Shown: positions 50,424 through 59,436, counted from the first letter of the whole stretch. The stretch is DNA of 63,226 nucleotides, filler included, from 6 parts of 6 records of this genome joined end to end with filler, not necessarily neighbours in it; one strand, 5' to 3'. Program-made: numbers and translations. Notes: generated by a model not told the origin, from the sequence alone.

Positions 50424-50586
50424 CTAGGAGGCCGTCCGAGAATGCCCTTTTCCCCCATATCAGCGTTATTTTTTAAAAATAATGCTCACAGTATCACATA
50501 TACGGTTGCGCTTATTTTTCTCAAATGCCTCGGAGTCTACGCTTACCTGATCTGAGAAAAAATCTTACTTTCGGAGAACCTCCTAG
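50424..50586. mobile_element. MITE-like element with CTAG ends and imperfect TIRs, carrying a 17-mer insert
   Basis: CTAGGAGGCCGTCCGAGAAT vs reverse complement of the right end CTAGGAGGTTCTCCGAAAGT (15/20); internal palindrome; no ORF. Confidence 0.75.
50531..50547 (+). repeat. 17-mer CGGAGTCTACGCTTACC
   Basis: Exact consensus copy inside the MITE. Confidence 0.93.
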
Positions 50587-52037
50587 TGCGTTTTTATCGT
50601 CCCCGATCATTTCTTTCCCTTCTTTTGATGGGCTTTATTCTGGTCTCGCTGCCATTACTTATTGCCTTGTTCAGTTCGGTGCAAATTCTGGACGGTTTGG
50701 TCCAGCAGAGTGCTGTTGCAGTTTTTCGATCGGTCAGCCGGGTTGAAAAGTCGAGACAGCTGATTGATTTGCTGCACGATCAAGAACGCTCGGCACGTCT
50801 TTATAATGTGCTTGGTGAATCCGGCCACCTGCAGGATGTGAATGCGGTTGAGGCTGAGCTTGAGCAAGTCCTCCATCAGTTTTCGGTGAGTAATACGGAT
50901 GAAGAGCTGCTTTTTCTTATAGAAAGTCTACGTGCAAAGGTTCAATACCTTGTTGCTGTATTAAATTTAGCTTCAGGAGGGCCGGAGCAGCGGGAAAATT
51001 CGCAGGAGGCAGCCCTTTTGCTTTATAGCGAAGTGGTTGCTGTTGCCTGGAAGTTGGAAAGCCTCAGTAATGGTTTAATGGGTACCGAGGTGGACGAGAT
51101 TAAAAAGAATGTCCAGCGTAATAAAACTGCTTTGATCTGGCAGGTGTCTGGAATGATAGGTTTTAGTGTCTTGCTCATTGTCATTTTCATTGCCTTGATC
51201 GTTAAGCCGGTAGCCCAAATTGACAAAGGGATTGACCGTTTGGGCGAAGGTGATTTCTCAACACCGATAATAGTGTCTGGGTCTAGGGATCTGGAGGCTT
51301 TAGGTGAGAAACTGGACTGGTTGCGTAAAAGGCTGGATACGCTTGATAAAGAAAAGGTAAAAATGATAGCTCATATCTCCCATGAGCTTAAGACCCCTTT
51401 GGCATCCATTAAAGAAGGAGCCGGATTGTTGAAAGACGGACTGGTGGGGCCATTAAGCAGCTCTCAGGAAGAGGTGGTGAGTATCTTAGACAGTAACTGT
51501 CATAAGTTGCAGCGATTGATTGAAAATATCCTTGATTTTAATATGGCCGAGGCCAGGGAGGCCCCAATTGATCTTGTTGAGACCGACCTTGACAGGCTTA
51601 TAAATGAGGTGGTCGCTGACCATCACAACCCTATGCTTGCCCGCAATATTGCTCTAGACCTTGTTTTGGAACCTGTGAAGGTTGCCTGTAATCCCAAGCA
51701 GATAAAAACCGCATTTGATAACCTGGTGGCCAATGCTATTAAATTTACACCAGATAATGGGGCAATCCATGTCTATATGCGAAAAAAAACAAATACAATT
51801 AATGTGATTGTTGAGGACAGTGGCCCAGGGATAAACGAAGAGGACCGTCCCCAGATATTTCTTCCATTTTTTCAGGGAAAATCGCCACAGCAATCAACGG
51901 TTAAGGGTTCTGGCCTGGGACTTGCAATAAGTAAAGAGTATGTCCAAGGATGTGGTGGGACGCTGCGGTTGCTCCCAAGTCGTTCTGGAGCTCGTTTTTC
52001 GGTAACTTTACCCCGTGTGAAAGGTGTGGCAGTATGA
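50586..52037 (+). CDS. HAMP sensor histidine kinase, GlrK/QseE-like
   Basis: Two TMs, LDWLRKRL, HISHELKTPLASIKEG, NLVANAIKF, DSGPG, GSGLGL; GTG start. Confidence 0.9.
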   Translation: MRFYRPRSFLSLLLMGFILVSLPLLIALFSSVQILDGLVQQSAVAVFRSVSRVEKSRQLIDLLHDQERSARLYNVLGESGHLQDVNAVEAELEQVLHQFSVSNTDEELLFLIESLRAKVQYLVAVLNLASGGPEQRENSQEAALLLYSEVVAVAWKLESLSNGLMGTEVDEIKKNVQRNKTALIWQVSGMIGFSVLLIVIFIALIVKPVAQIDKGIDRLGEGDFSTPIIVSGSRDLEALGEKLDWLRKRLDTLDKEKVKMIAHISHELKTPLASIKEGAGLLKDGLVGPLSSSQEEVVSILDSNCHKLQRLIENILDFNMAEAREAPIDLVETDLDRLINEVVADHHNPMLARNIALDLVLEPVKVACNPKQIKTAFDNLVANAIKFTPDNGAIHVYMRKKTNTINVIVEDSGPGINEEDRPQIFLPFFQGKSPQQSTVKGSGLGLAISKEYVQGCGGTLRLLPSRSGARFSVTLPRVKGVAV

Positions 52038-52627
52038 AATGGTGTAATTTTTTTAGTGTTTTTATTCTTTGTTTGCTGCTGGGTGGATGCGCAGGGTTGT
52101 CCCACAATTCCTCCATATCTAAAGGGGAGCAGTCGCCAACGGTTATTTTTTCACCCACAGATTGTGACAGTCTACTTGCATGCCTTGAGGAGTCTCGTGA
52201 GCTTTCCCGCAAAGACTTTAAGGCCTACTACAAACGTGTGTCCTTGGAGGTAGAGAAAAAAGTTTCTGGCAGTACGCTTCAGCTTATATGCTTAAGTTTA
52301 CATCATTATGCGAGTTACAAGCAGTTCAAGCTCGGAATGGAAACGCTGGAGGAATATATAGAGCTGCATCCAGAGGAAAGGCAAAGTCTGCAGGGCCTGT
52401 ATCGTTTGGTAAAACGTATAAATCAAGAAAAGATTAATCGTTGGTCCCAGCGTAACCGCTTGATGGATGAAAAAGAGACCTTGGAGGAAGAAAACCGTGA
52501 ACTCTTTGACACTGCTGCCGCTCTAAAGAAACAGATCGAACAGGATGGCAAACGCATCAATGAGTTGCAGAAACAGATAGAGCAGCTTAAGAATATTGAA
52601 AATATAATCAAAAACAGAGAGTTATGA
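52034..52627 (+). CDS. Lipoprotein, QseG/YfhG-like
   Basis: Lipobox LGGC, coiled-coil C-terminus QIEQLKNIE; lies between kinase and regulator; ATGA overlap. Confidence 0.7.
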   Translation: MKWCNFFSVFILCLLLGGCAGLSHNSSISKGEQSPTVIFSPTDCDSLLACLEESRELSRKDFKAYYKRVSLEVEKKVSGSTLQLICLSLHHYASYKQFKLGMETLEEYIELHPEERQSLQGLYRLVKRINQEKINRWSQRNRLMDEKETLEEENRELFDTAAALKKQIEQDGKRINELQKQIEQLKNIENIIKNREL

Positions 52628-52656
52628 GCAGGTTCTCCTCTGTAGGGTAATTAGAA

Positions 52657-54009
52657 ATGAGTGATAAACAGTATAAGGTCCTTTTAGTTGATGATGAGCC
52701 GGATCTACTTCGTTTGTGGAAATTGCGGATTCAGTCCAGTGGGTATGATGTATCTGTAGCAGAGTGTGCTGAGGAGGCATTGGCAACATTTGCAGCGGTT
52801 AAGCCTGATGTAATTTTAACAGATTTGCGCATGCCTGGTATCGATGGCATGGCCCTTTTTGAAGCTATCCGCAAGCAAAATAAATCTATCCCTGTCATTA
52901 TTATTACTGCCCACGGTTCTATTCCTGACGCTGTAGAGGCGACCCGTCAGGGAGTCTTTTCCTTTTTGACCAAACCCATTGATGGCAATGAGCTGGTTGA
53001 AGAAATAGAAAAAGCTCTTGAAAGTACTGGGGGGCCTAGAAGTGAGGTCCAGGGAAACAGGGAGGAGTGGAGACAGGATATCGTTTCCCGGAGTGCGGCG
53101 ATGGAGGAGTTGCTGTCACGGGCAAAGCTCGTAGCAGAGACAGATTCAACCATCCTGATTCGCGGAGAAAGTGGGACTGGTAAGGAGCTGCTCGCCATCG
53201 CCTTGCACAGGGCCAGTAATTACCGTAACGGACCGTTTATCCCTGTTAATTGTACTGCCATCCCCGAAAGTTTGCTGGAGTCGGAGCTGTTTGGTCATGT
53301 CAAGGGTTCCTTTACCGGCGCATCGAAAAGTTATGCCGGTTTGTTCCAGTCAGCCCATGACGGAACTTTGTTTTTAGATGAGATTGGTGATATGCCGCTG
53401 CATATACAGGTTAAGCTGCTGCGGGTTTTGCAGGATCGGCAAATTCGACCTGTTGGGAGTGCCCAGCCGGTGCCGGTTAATGTACGCATTATTTCCGCCA
53501 CCCATAGGAACTTGGAAGAGGCTATTGAGGAAAATCAGTTTCGTGAAGATCTGTTCTACCGCTTAAATGTGGTCAGTTTAGAGCTGCCGCCCCTGCATAA
53601 GCGAAAGGAGGACATCCCGCTCCTTGCTGAGCATTTTGTCAGCATCTTAACTGCCAGGGGCGATGGGCAGAGCAAAAAAATTACTCCAGAGGCTATGCAA
53701 ACCCTGCTCGATGCCTCTTGGCCTGGTAATATCCGGCAACTGTATAATGTTGTCGAAAATGCAGTGGCTTTGGCAACTTCTTCCTTTATTACTGAAGAGT
53801 TGCTTTATGATGCTATTAAAACAAATCAGAAAAAAATTATCCCTTTAGCTGAGGCAAGGCGACAGTTTGAGCAACAGTACCTGATCCAGTTGCTGCAAAC
53901 AACGCGCGGTAATGTTTCGCAGGCTGCACGACTCGCTCATCGGAATAGAACTGATTTTTATAAACTGCTTAATAGGCATCATATAGTGCCCTCCCTTTTT
54001 AAGTCGTAA
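52657..54009 (+). CDS. Sigma54-dependent response regulator, GlrR/QseF-like
   Basis: REC, TAHGSIPDAVEAT..GVFSFLTKP, GESGTGKE, ESELFGH.KGSFTGA, RNRTDFYKLLNRH. Confidence 0.9.
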   Translation: MSDKQYKVLLVDDEPDLLRLWKLRIQSSGYDVSVAECAEEALATFAAVKPDVILTDLRMPGIDGMALFEAIRKQNKSIPVIIITAHGSIPDAVEATRQGVFSFLTKPIDGNELVEEIEKALESTGGPRSEVQGNREEWRQDIVSRSAAMEELLSRAKLVAETDSTILIRGESGTGKELLAIALHRASNYRNGPFIPVNCTAIPESLLESELFGHVKGSFTGASKSYAGLFQSAHDGTLFLDEIGDMPLHIQVKLLRVLQDRQIRPVGSAQPVPVNVRIISATHRNLEEAIEENQFREDLFYRLNVVSLELPPLHKRKEDIPLLAEHFVSILTARGDGQSKKITPEAMQTLLDASWPGNIRQLYNVVENAVALATSSFITEELLYDAIKTNQKKIIPLAEARRQFEQQYLIQLLQTTRGNVSQAARLAHRNRTDFYKLLNRHHIVPSLFKS

Positions 54010-54123
54010 AAGGCATCCACGGAGTCTGCGCTTACCTCTTCACGCGGTTACGAATAACCGCATAGAGCGGCTATAGCGGTCATTCATAACTGCGCAAATC
54101 TGGTGTACCTTTGACGACTTAAA
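53998..54123. repeat. Long imperfect palindromic (REP/MITE-like) element carrying a 17-mer insert; overlaps the glrR stop
   Basis: TTTAAGTCGTAAAAGG...CCTTTGACGACTTAAA ends; inner arms GCGGTTACGAATAACCGC / GCGGTCATTCATAACTGC. Confidence 0.78.
54020..54036 (+). repeat. 17-mer variant CGGAGTCTGCGCTTACC
   Basis: 1 mismatch to consensus; absent from the opposite arm of the host palindrome. Confidence 0.9.
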
Positions 54124-54170
54124 GCTTCAAGGCATATGGTATTGTATAGTTATAAACCCCGTGGTTGGCT

Positions 54171-54353
54171 GCAACTGTTCAGCAGTACACCACGGAGTCT
54201 GCGTTTACCTCTACGCACGATCAGGCTGGAACACATAGCTTTACTATAGTTTCCCAACCTGCTTGCACGTATCTGGCAGGAAAAGAAGCAGCGTTACTAT
54301 GGTTTAGTTTTCCAGCCTGCTTACACGAATCTGGAGCAATGATGAACTGTTAC
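54171..54353. repeat. Second palindromic element (GYAACTGTTCA...TGAACTGTTAC) with an internal duplication and a 17-mer insert
   Basis: Terminal inverted repeats; CAGGCTGGAA/TTCCAGCCTG arms; duplicated right-arm segment at 54241-54279 and 54294-54336. Confidence 0.7.
54193..54209 (+). repeat. 17-mer variant CGGAGTCTGCGTTTACC
   Basis: 2 mismatches to consensus; same CCA^TCT context as the 54020 copy. Confidence 0.88.
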
Positions 54354-54376
54354 TGGTCGAGGCTTTGGCGAGTTGT

Positions 54377-54459
54377 TGTTTCTTTTTTGCGACAAAATGG
54401 TGCTGTAATGTAAAAAACATTGCAATATCATTCGGTTGCTATGTTTCTTTTTTGCGACA
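54377..54459. promoter_or_regulatory. Two identical 18-bp GlrR-type enhancer-like sites (54377-54394, 54442-54459)
   Basis: TGTTTCTTTTTTGCGACA twice, matching TGTC-N10-GACA with one mismatch, 65 bp apart. Confidence 0.55.
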
Positions 54460-55311
54460 TGTGTTTGTGGACGGCTGGTGCATAGGCTGGCAGTGGGGGC
54501 AGCAGAATGTCGCTCTTCCTGCCAGTTCGGTTTTTATGAGTGGGGTTTGGCATTGAGGGCAGGGAGCATCTTTTTTCCCGTATACATTGAGCTGGAGTTG
54601 AAAGTAGCCGGGTTGCCCGCTTGACCCGAGGAAATCTGAAATGGTGGTGCCGCCAGCTGCAATCGCTCTTTTAAGGGTAGACTTTGCTGCTTCAATAATT
54701 TTACCCCATTGCTGCTTGGTGATGTGCTGTGCTGGTGTAGTAGGGTGGATGCCAGCCTCAAAAAGCGTTTCATTGGCGTAGATGTTGCCTATCCCGGCAA
54801 CATATTTACTGTTCATCAGGAAAGGTTTTATCGCTAAATTTTTATTGCTCGCCAATTTTAACAGGGATTGGGGAGTGAATTGGTTCCCAAGTGGTTCTAT
54901 CCCTTCCTTTGCAGAAAAAAATCGTTCCATCTCTTTCGCCTTGTCTGGCGGCCAGACCGTCACACTGCCAAACCTTCTGCTGTCGTTCAATCGTATTTCT
55001 TTGCCATTGCTAAGCAGTAATGCCAGGTGGTCATGCTTTGCTTTTGGGGTCTCTTTTTCCAGTAGACTGATCTTGCCGGTCATTCCGAGGTGGATGACCA
55101 GCACAGCTCTGTTTGTCATCCTGAAAAGAAGGTATTTCGCCCGGCGGTCGATGGTGGTTATTACCTGTTGCGTAATAGCCTTTTGAAGTAGCTGAACAGG
55201 CATGGCTGTGCGTAATTTTTTTCCACTCCACCACACATTGACGATTTTTTGGGTAGGGAGATGAGGCAGCAGGCCGAGCCTGGTAACTTCTACTTCCGGC
55301 AGTTCAGGCAT
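54439..55311 (-). CDS. mutM: Formamidopyrimidine-DNA glycosylase
   Basis: MPELPEVE, RRAKYL, HLGMTG, GIGNIYANE, CPQC...CPHCQ zinc finger. Confidence 0.97.
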   Translation of the reverse strand: MPELPEVEVTRLGLLPHLPTQKIVNVWWSGKKLRTAMPVQLLQKAITQQVITTIDRRAKYLLFRMTNRAVLVIHLGMTGKISLLEKETPKAKHDHLALLLSNGKEIRLNDSRRFGSVTVWPPDKAKEMERFFSAKEGIEPLGNQFTPQSLLKLASNKNLAIKPFLMNSKYVAGIGNIYANETLFEAGIHPTTPAQHITKQQWGKIIEAAKSTLKRAIAAGGTTISDFLGSSGQPGYFQLQLNVYGKKDAPCPQCQTPLIKTELAGRATFCCPHCQPMHQPSTNTCRKKET

Positions 55312-56068
55312 GGGGCTCTCCTTCTGTGCATCCAATAATATAATCTTTAAAGGCTGTGATCCTTACCGTGGTCGACTGGGCAAAATGGCCAGCGACGTCA
55401 CATTTCAGTTTCCACGTGTTAGCGCCTTTTTGCTCAACCAGGGTAACTTTTGTGCGGCTAAAGGTTACCGGTTGGTCGTGGAGCAGGCTTTTTTTCACAG
55501 CCTCTTTTGCAACCCAGATGAGAGTGAGGTTGAGTGGCCGGGTGTGTTCGTCTCGGAAAAGCGACTTTTCACTTTGGGCGGTAAATTTTTCAGCAACTGT
55601 CAGCATTTTTGAGGAGATTTGTTGAATATCGATGCCACAGGATTGGCTGTGTGAAACATATGCCGCTGCGTAATCTTTGCTGTGGCTGATGGAAATCGAG
55701 GGAGGGCGATGACTTGCAGCCTCCAGGTGTGGTCTGCCATGTTCGTCTGTTCCTATTGAGAAGGTGTCCGGCGTAAGAGGCGGCCTGCCATTTTTTTTCT
55801 GGAAGAGCTTAAAACAGTATTTCGCTGCCAGTCTGCCACCAAGCCATTCCGTATAGCGTTTTTTATAGCTAAATGTTGCAAGTTTCTGTGTCTCAGCCGG
55901 AGAGAGGTTTTCTGCAAGCAAGGTAGGCAGTTTGTTCTTGGGGTGGAGGTCATTGAGTAGAGAAAGATCTGCTAGGGCAATGGTTGCACTGTCTGCTGCA
56001 AGGAATTGGTATTGGTTGCTCAGTTCTTTCATTTTATGAAAAAACTGCCAGTGGCGATTGGCTGACAT
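55304..56068 (-). CDS. 4'-phosphopantetheinyl transferase superfamily protein
   Basis: GRLAAK, GRP, SISHS, GIDIQ, WVAKEAVKK. Confidence 0.88.
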   Translation of the reverse strand: MSANRHWQFFHKMKELSNQYQFLAADSATIALADLSLLNDLHPKNKLPTLLAENLSPAETQKLATFSYKKRYTEWLGGRLAAKYCFKLFQKKNGRPPLTPDTFSIGTDEHGRPHLEAASHRPPSISISHSKDYAAAYVSHSQSCGIDIQQISSKMLTVAEKFTAQSEKSLFRDEHTRPLNLTLIWVAKEAVKKSLLHDQPVTFSRTKVTLVEQKGANTWKLKCDVAGHFAQSTTVRITAFKDYIIGCTEGEPHA

Positions 56069-56199
56069 TTTTTTAAGCCTGTGGTTATAGATTGCAAATT
56101 ATAATCTGATTACGTAAAGTACCAGCCGGTTATCTATCTGTGTAGGCAGAGGTGGTTGATTTTATTTCTCTTTTAAACCCGGAAAAACCAAGAAGTTCC

Positions 56200-56216
56200 G
56201 GTAAACGAAGACTCCG
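56200..56216 (-). repeat. 17-mer variant CGGAGTCTTCGTTTACC
   Basis: GGTAAACGAAGACTCCG on the plus strand; 2 mismatches; intergenic. Confidence 0.8.
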
Positions 56217-56344
56217 ATCTGTCTCCCGATGCCCCCCAAAAAACTGATTTTCATGGGTAGGTAGAAATTATGACGTATTTTTATTATCGCACGCTCTCGT
56301 GTGTTAGACGCCTATTTTTTTAAATATAATCAATCCCATTTACT

Positions 56345-56899
56345 ATGCCTGTTTTTGCCGATTTTTCTTTGTTTGATATTATTGTTGGTTTGATTCTGCT
56401 GTTTTTTTTGGTGAGGGGGCTTTGGATAGGTTTTGTTCATCAACTGGCGGCGTTTTGCGCCCTGGTCGGCGGGTACTGGCTGGCAGCTCATTATCACGGG
56501 GAGATAGCACCTTTTGCGGCGCGTTTTCTGGAAAATCCCAAATTAATTTTTATTGTCAGCTTTGTCTGTATTTTTCTTGTTGCGGCAATGGCCTTTGGCC
56601 TGTTGGGTAAATTGCTTCGCCGGGTAATGGAGATTACGCTGATGGGGTGGTTTGACCGCCTGCTTGGGGGTGGGCTTGGGTTGGTCAAAGGGGCAGTTGT
56701 TACCTCGCTTCTTTATATGTTTCTTGCCTCGAGCCTTTCTGGTTCCAATGATGTGTTGAGAAAGTCAATGAGTGCGCCGTACCTGGAGTTGGGTGCTGCT
56801 CAGCTGCAGACACTTATTAATGATCCAAGGCTGCGTGACTATTTTAAACCGAAAAAGCCTGCCATAGAGGAACCCAGTTCCACCTTGGATTCCTCATGA
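56345..56899 (+). CDS. CvpA (colicin V production) family membrane protein
   Basis: RGLWIGFV, DRLLGGGLGLVKG, SAPYL. Confidence 0.9.
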   Translation: MPVFADFSLFDIIVGLILLFFLVRGLWIGFVHQLAAFCALVGGYWLAAHYHGEIAPFAARFLENPKLIFIVSFVCIFLVAAMAFGLLGKLLRRVMEITLMGWFDRLLGGGLGLVKGAVVTSLLYMFLASSLSGSNDVLRKSMSAPYLELGAAQLQTLINDPRLRDYFKPKKPAIEEPSSTLDSS

Positions 56900-57034
56900 G
56901 CATTTTGTTATTTTTGGAAAAGAGTAGTAGCTTCAATTTCATACTATTAAAACCAATCAGATGTAAAATTAACAAAATGTTCACCGAAGGTCAGTCCATG
57001 CGGTACCATCTTCTTCAGTATTTTTGTAGTAAAA

Positions 57035-57051
57035 GGTAAGCGTAGACTCCG
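57035..57051 (-). repeat. 17-mer consensus copy, 6 bp from the contig end
   Basis: GGTAAGCGTAGACTCCG on the plus strand. Confidence 0.92.
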
Positions 57052-57057
57052 ATAGTC

Positions 57058-57157
57058 NNNNNNNNNNNNNNNNNNNNNNNNNNNNNNNNNNNNNNNNNNN
57101 NTTAATTAATTAANNNNNNNNNNNNNNNNNNNNNNNNNNNNNNNNNNNNNNNNNNNN
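57058..57157. other. Artificial contig spacer
   Basis: N44-TTAATTAATTAA-N44. Confidence 0.98.
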
Positions 57158-58443
57158 ATCCGCGCTCCCGTTACATCGGCATAGACCTGGCACCAGACAG
57201 GATCGTTACTCCCTCCGCCGGTAACGACGATCTCATCGATCTTCTTTCCGATGGAAACAAGATTGTGTTTGGTGGCCAGTGCGACGCCTTCATAGAGGGC
57301 GCGGGCCAGAACGGCCCTATTCGTGTTTTCCCGGATTCCCAGGAAACCGGCGGTGGCGTGGGGGTTTACAAAGGGGGAACGTTCCCCGTGGATAAAGGGA
57401 AGGTAGAGAACCTTCTCCGCACCGGGAGCAACCTCCTTCACCTCGACGCTGACTCTGTCGTAGAGCTCCTTCATATCCTCCGCCTCAACGCTGTTGTAGA
57501 ACTCACGCAAGAACCAGTCCAGATTAGGGGTTCCGCTCAGGGATCCCAAAACCCTGGTCCACTGACCGGGAAGGGGGCTGGTCACCATGAAGCCGATATT
57601 CTTGGGCTCGACAACAGGATTATCCAGAAGCACTGCATTGAGCAGGGTCGTTCCGATAATGGTGAAGGTCTGGCCGCTGTGAACCGCTCCTGCGGCGATG
57701 GCATTGGCCGATACATCGATCATTCCCGTGATCACGGGCAGCCCCTCGGGGAGGCCGGTTCGTTCCGCCGCTTCGCGGCTGACAGTTCCGATTCGATCGA
57801 AGGACTGAAGGATTTCTGGGGCCTTCTCATAGATCCAGCCGTCCAGGCCGAGCATCTCTATCTGAGACCGGGAGATGGCGCTGCTATGGACGTCCATAAA
57901 AGGGATGGTCCCATCCGAGAGGTCCGTAGCCCTGCGGCCCGTCAGTTTCAGATTGACCCAATCCTTACAGCAGAACCAAGCATCAATCGCTCCATAGTGC
58001 TTCGGATCGTTTTCCTTCAACCAGGCGAGGATCGCGGCGGCGCATCCGGGCCAGAGAGTGATACCGCTGTTCTCGAAAAAGGGTTCGTCCAGTCCCCGGT
58101 CCATCCAACTCTGAACCTGGGCGGCCGCCCTGTTGTCGCACCAGAGGATGGCATGTCCGGCGGGACGGTTTTCCGCATCCACGGTCCAGAGGCCGTCACC
58201 CTGCCCTGCGCAAGAGAGAGCCGCTAGGGACTCCCGCTCCACACCGGGCTCTTTCATCAGCTCCGAGAGGCAATCGGCAACCCCTTCCCAAACCGCAGCC
58301 ATATCCTGTTCGGCATAGCCCTCATGGGGATAGAGTACGGGAACCTTGGCCGAAGCCATGGCGATGCTCCGTCCCTCCAGATCATAGACCGCCGCCTTAA
58401 TCAGAGAGGTTCCCACATCCACGCCGATAAACTGCTGACTCAT
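57158..58443 (-). CDS. FGGY family carbohydrate kinase, 3' truncated
   Basis: GVDVGTS, AILWCDNR, KDWV, GERSP, EGVA, TGGGS. Confidence 0.92.
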
Positions 58444-59426
58444 TTCGAACTCCTCAAAGCGTCGGCCGTCATCTTTTCCATGCCCATACCGCTGCCTTTC
58501 GACTCGAAAACGGAAGACATAAGGATGAACAGGATCAAGACGCCCCGGAAGAAGGTTTTCCAGTAGAAAGGCAGTCCCAACATGGTCAGTCCGTTGGTCA
58601 GGATGGCCAGAAATACGACACCCACAATGGTGCCTCCCACATTAGGCCGTTTCGAATCGGAGAGGATGGTACTCAGATAGGCCGCGCCGATGGCGTCCCA
58701 GAGATAGGACTGGCCCACAAGAGGCTGACCCGAGCGAACCTTGGACGCCACGAAGAGGGCGGCGAAAAAGACCAGAACGGAGGAGATGACATAGGCCGAT
58801 GCGAAATACTTCCTTACAGGAATACCGGCATTTACAGCCCCCTTTATACTCAGCCCCGCCGCATATAGTCTCCGGCCGTAGTTGGTTCTGTTCAGCAGAA
58901 CATACAGAAGGATCGTCATCACGCAGAAGATGAGAATCGGCAGGGGAAGCCCCAGCGCATGGGCCCTGTAGATCCTGTCGAATCCGCTGGTATCACCATA
59001 GAGATAGATGGGCAATCCGCCCTTTGTGAGAACCTTTTCCACACTCATTCCGATGAACATCACAGCCAAAGTGGTAATGAAGGGATTCATATTGAAACGG
59101 GCCACAAGCACTCCGTTCAGAGCCCCGATAACAAAAGCTATAAGAAGAGCGAACAACAGGCCGAATGCAAGGGGCATTCCTCTTTCTATCCAGTATGCCG
59201 CCAGGATTCCGAGAAGCCCGATGCTCGTTCCCGGACTCAGGTCGATACCTCTAACAATAAGGACGACCATGATACCCAGGGCGATGGGAGCCAGAACCGA
59301 TACGCGCATCACGATCTCAGCGATATTCTCAGAGGAGATAAAGTTCCTGTTGATTACAGTAAACAGGATGATCACGCAAACGATAGCTCCCAGTATAATT
59401 CCTAATTTTTTATTCATTCCTTTCAT
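58440..59426 (-). CDS. Sugar ABC transporter permease (RbsC-like)
   Basis: GIDLS, NGVLV...FITTL, YGRRLYAAG. Confidence 0.9.
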   Translation of the reverse strand: MKGMNKKLGIILGAIVCVIILFTVINRNFISSENIAEIVMRVSVLAPIALGIMVVLIVRGIDLSPGTSIGLLGILAAYWIERGMPLAFGLLFALLIAFVIGALNGVLVARFNMNPFITTLAVMFIGMSVEKVLTKGGLPIYLYGDTSGFDRIYRAHALGLPLPILIFCVMTILLYVLLNRTNYGRRLYAAGLSIKGAVNAGIPVRKYFASAYVISSVLVFFAALFVASKVRSGQPLVGQSYLWDAIGAAYLSTILSDSKRPNVGGTIVGVVFLAILTNGLTMLGLPFYWKTFFRGVLILFILMSSVFESKGSGMGMEKMTADALRSSK

Positions 59427-59436
59427 TACATTCCCC

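Noticed and set aside
55304-56899. PPTase plus CvpA as a bacteriocin or secondary-metabolite cluster
   Set aside because: No carrier protein, synthase or precursor is nearby, and CvpA is a widespread housekeeping membrane protein.
49406-57051. 17-mer copies as a CRISPR array
   Set aside because: Copies are dispersed over kilobases on both strands, shorter than CRISPR repeats, have no regular spacers, and no cas genes are present.
49406-57051. 17-mer as a sequencing adapter or a DNA-uptake sequence
   Set aside because: Diverged variants and placement inside hairpin arms argue against an adapter. Absence from coding regions and insertion-like behaviour argue against a DUS/USS. Neither is formally excluded without a search.
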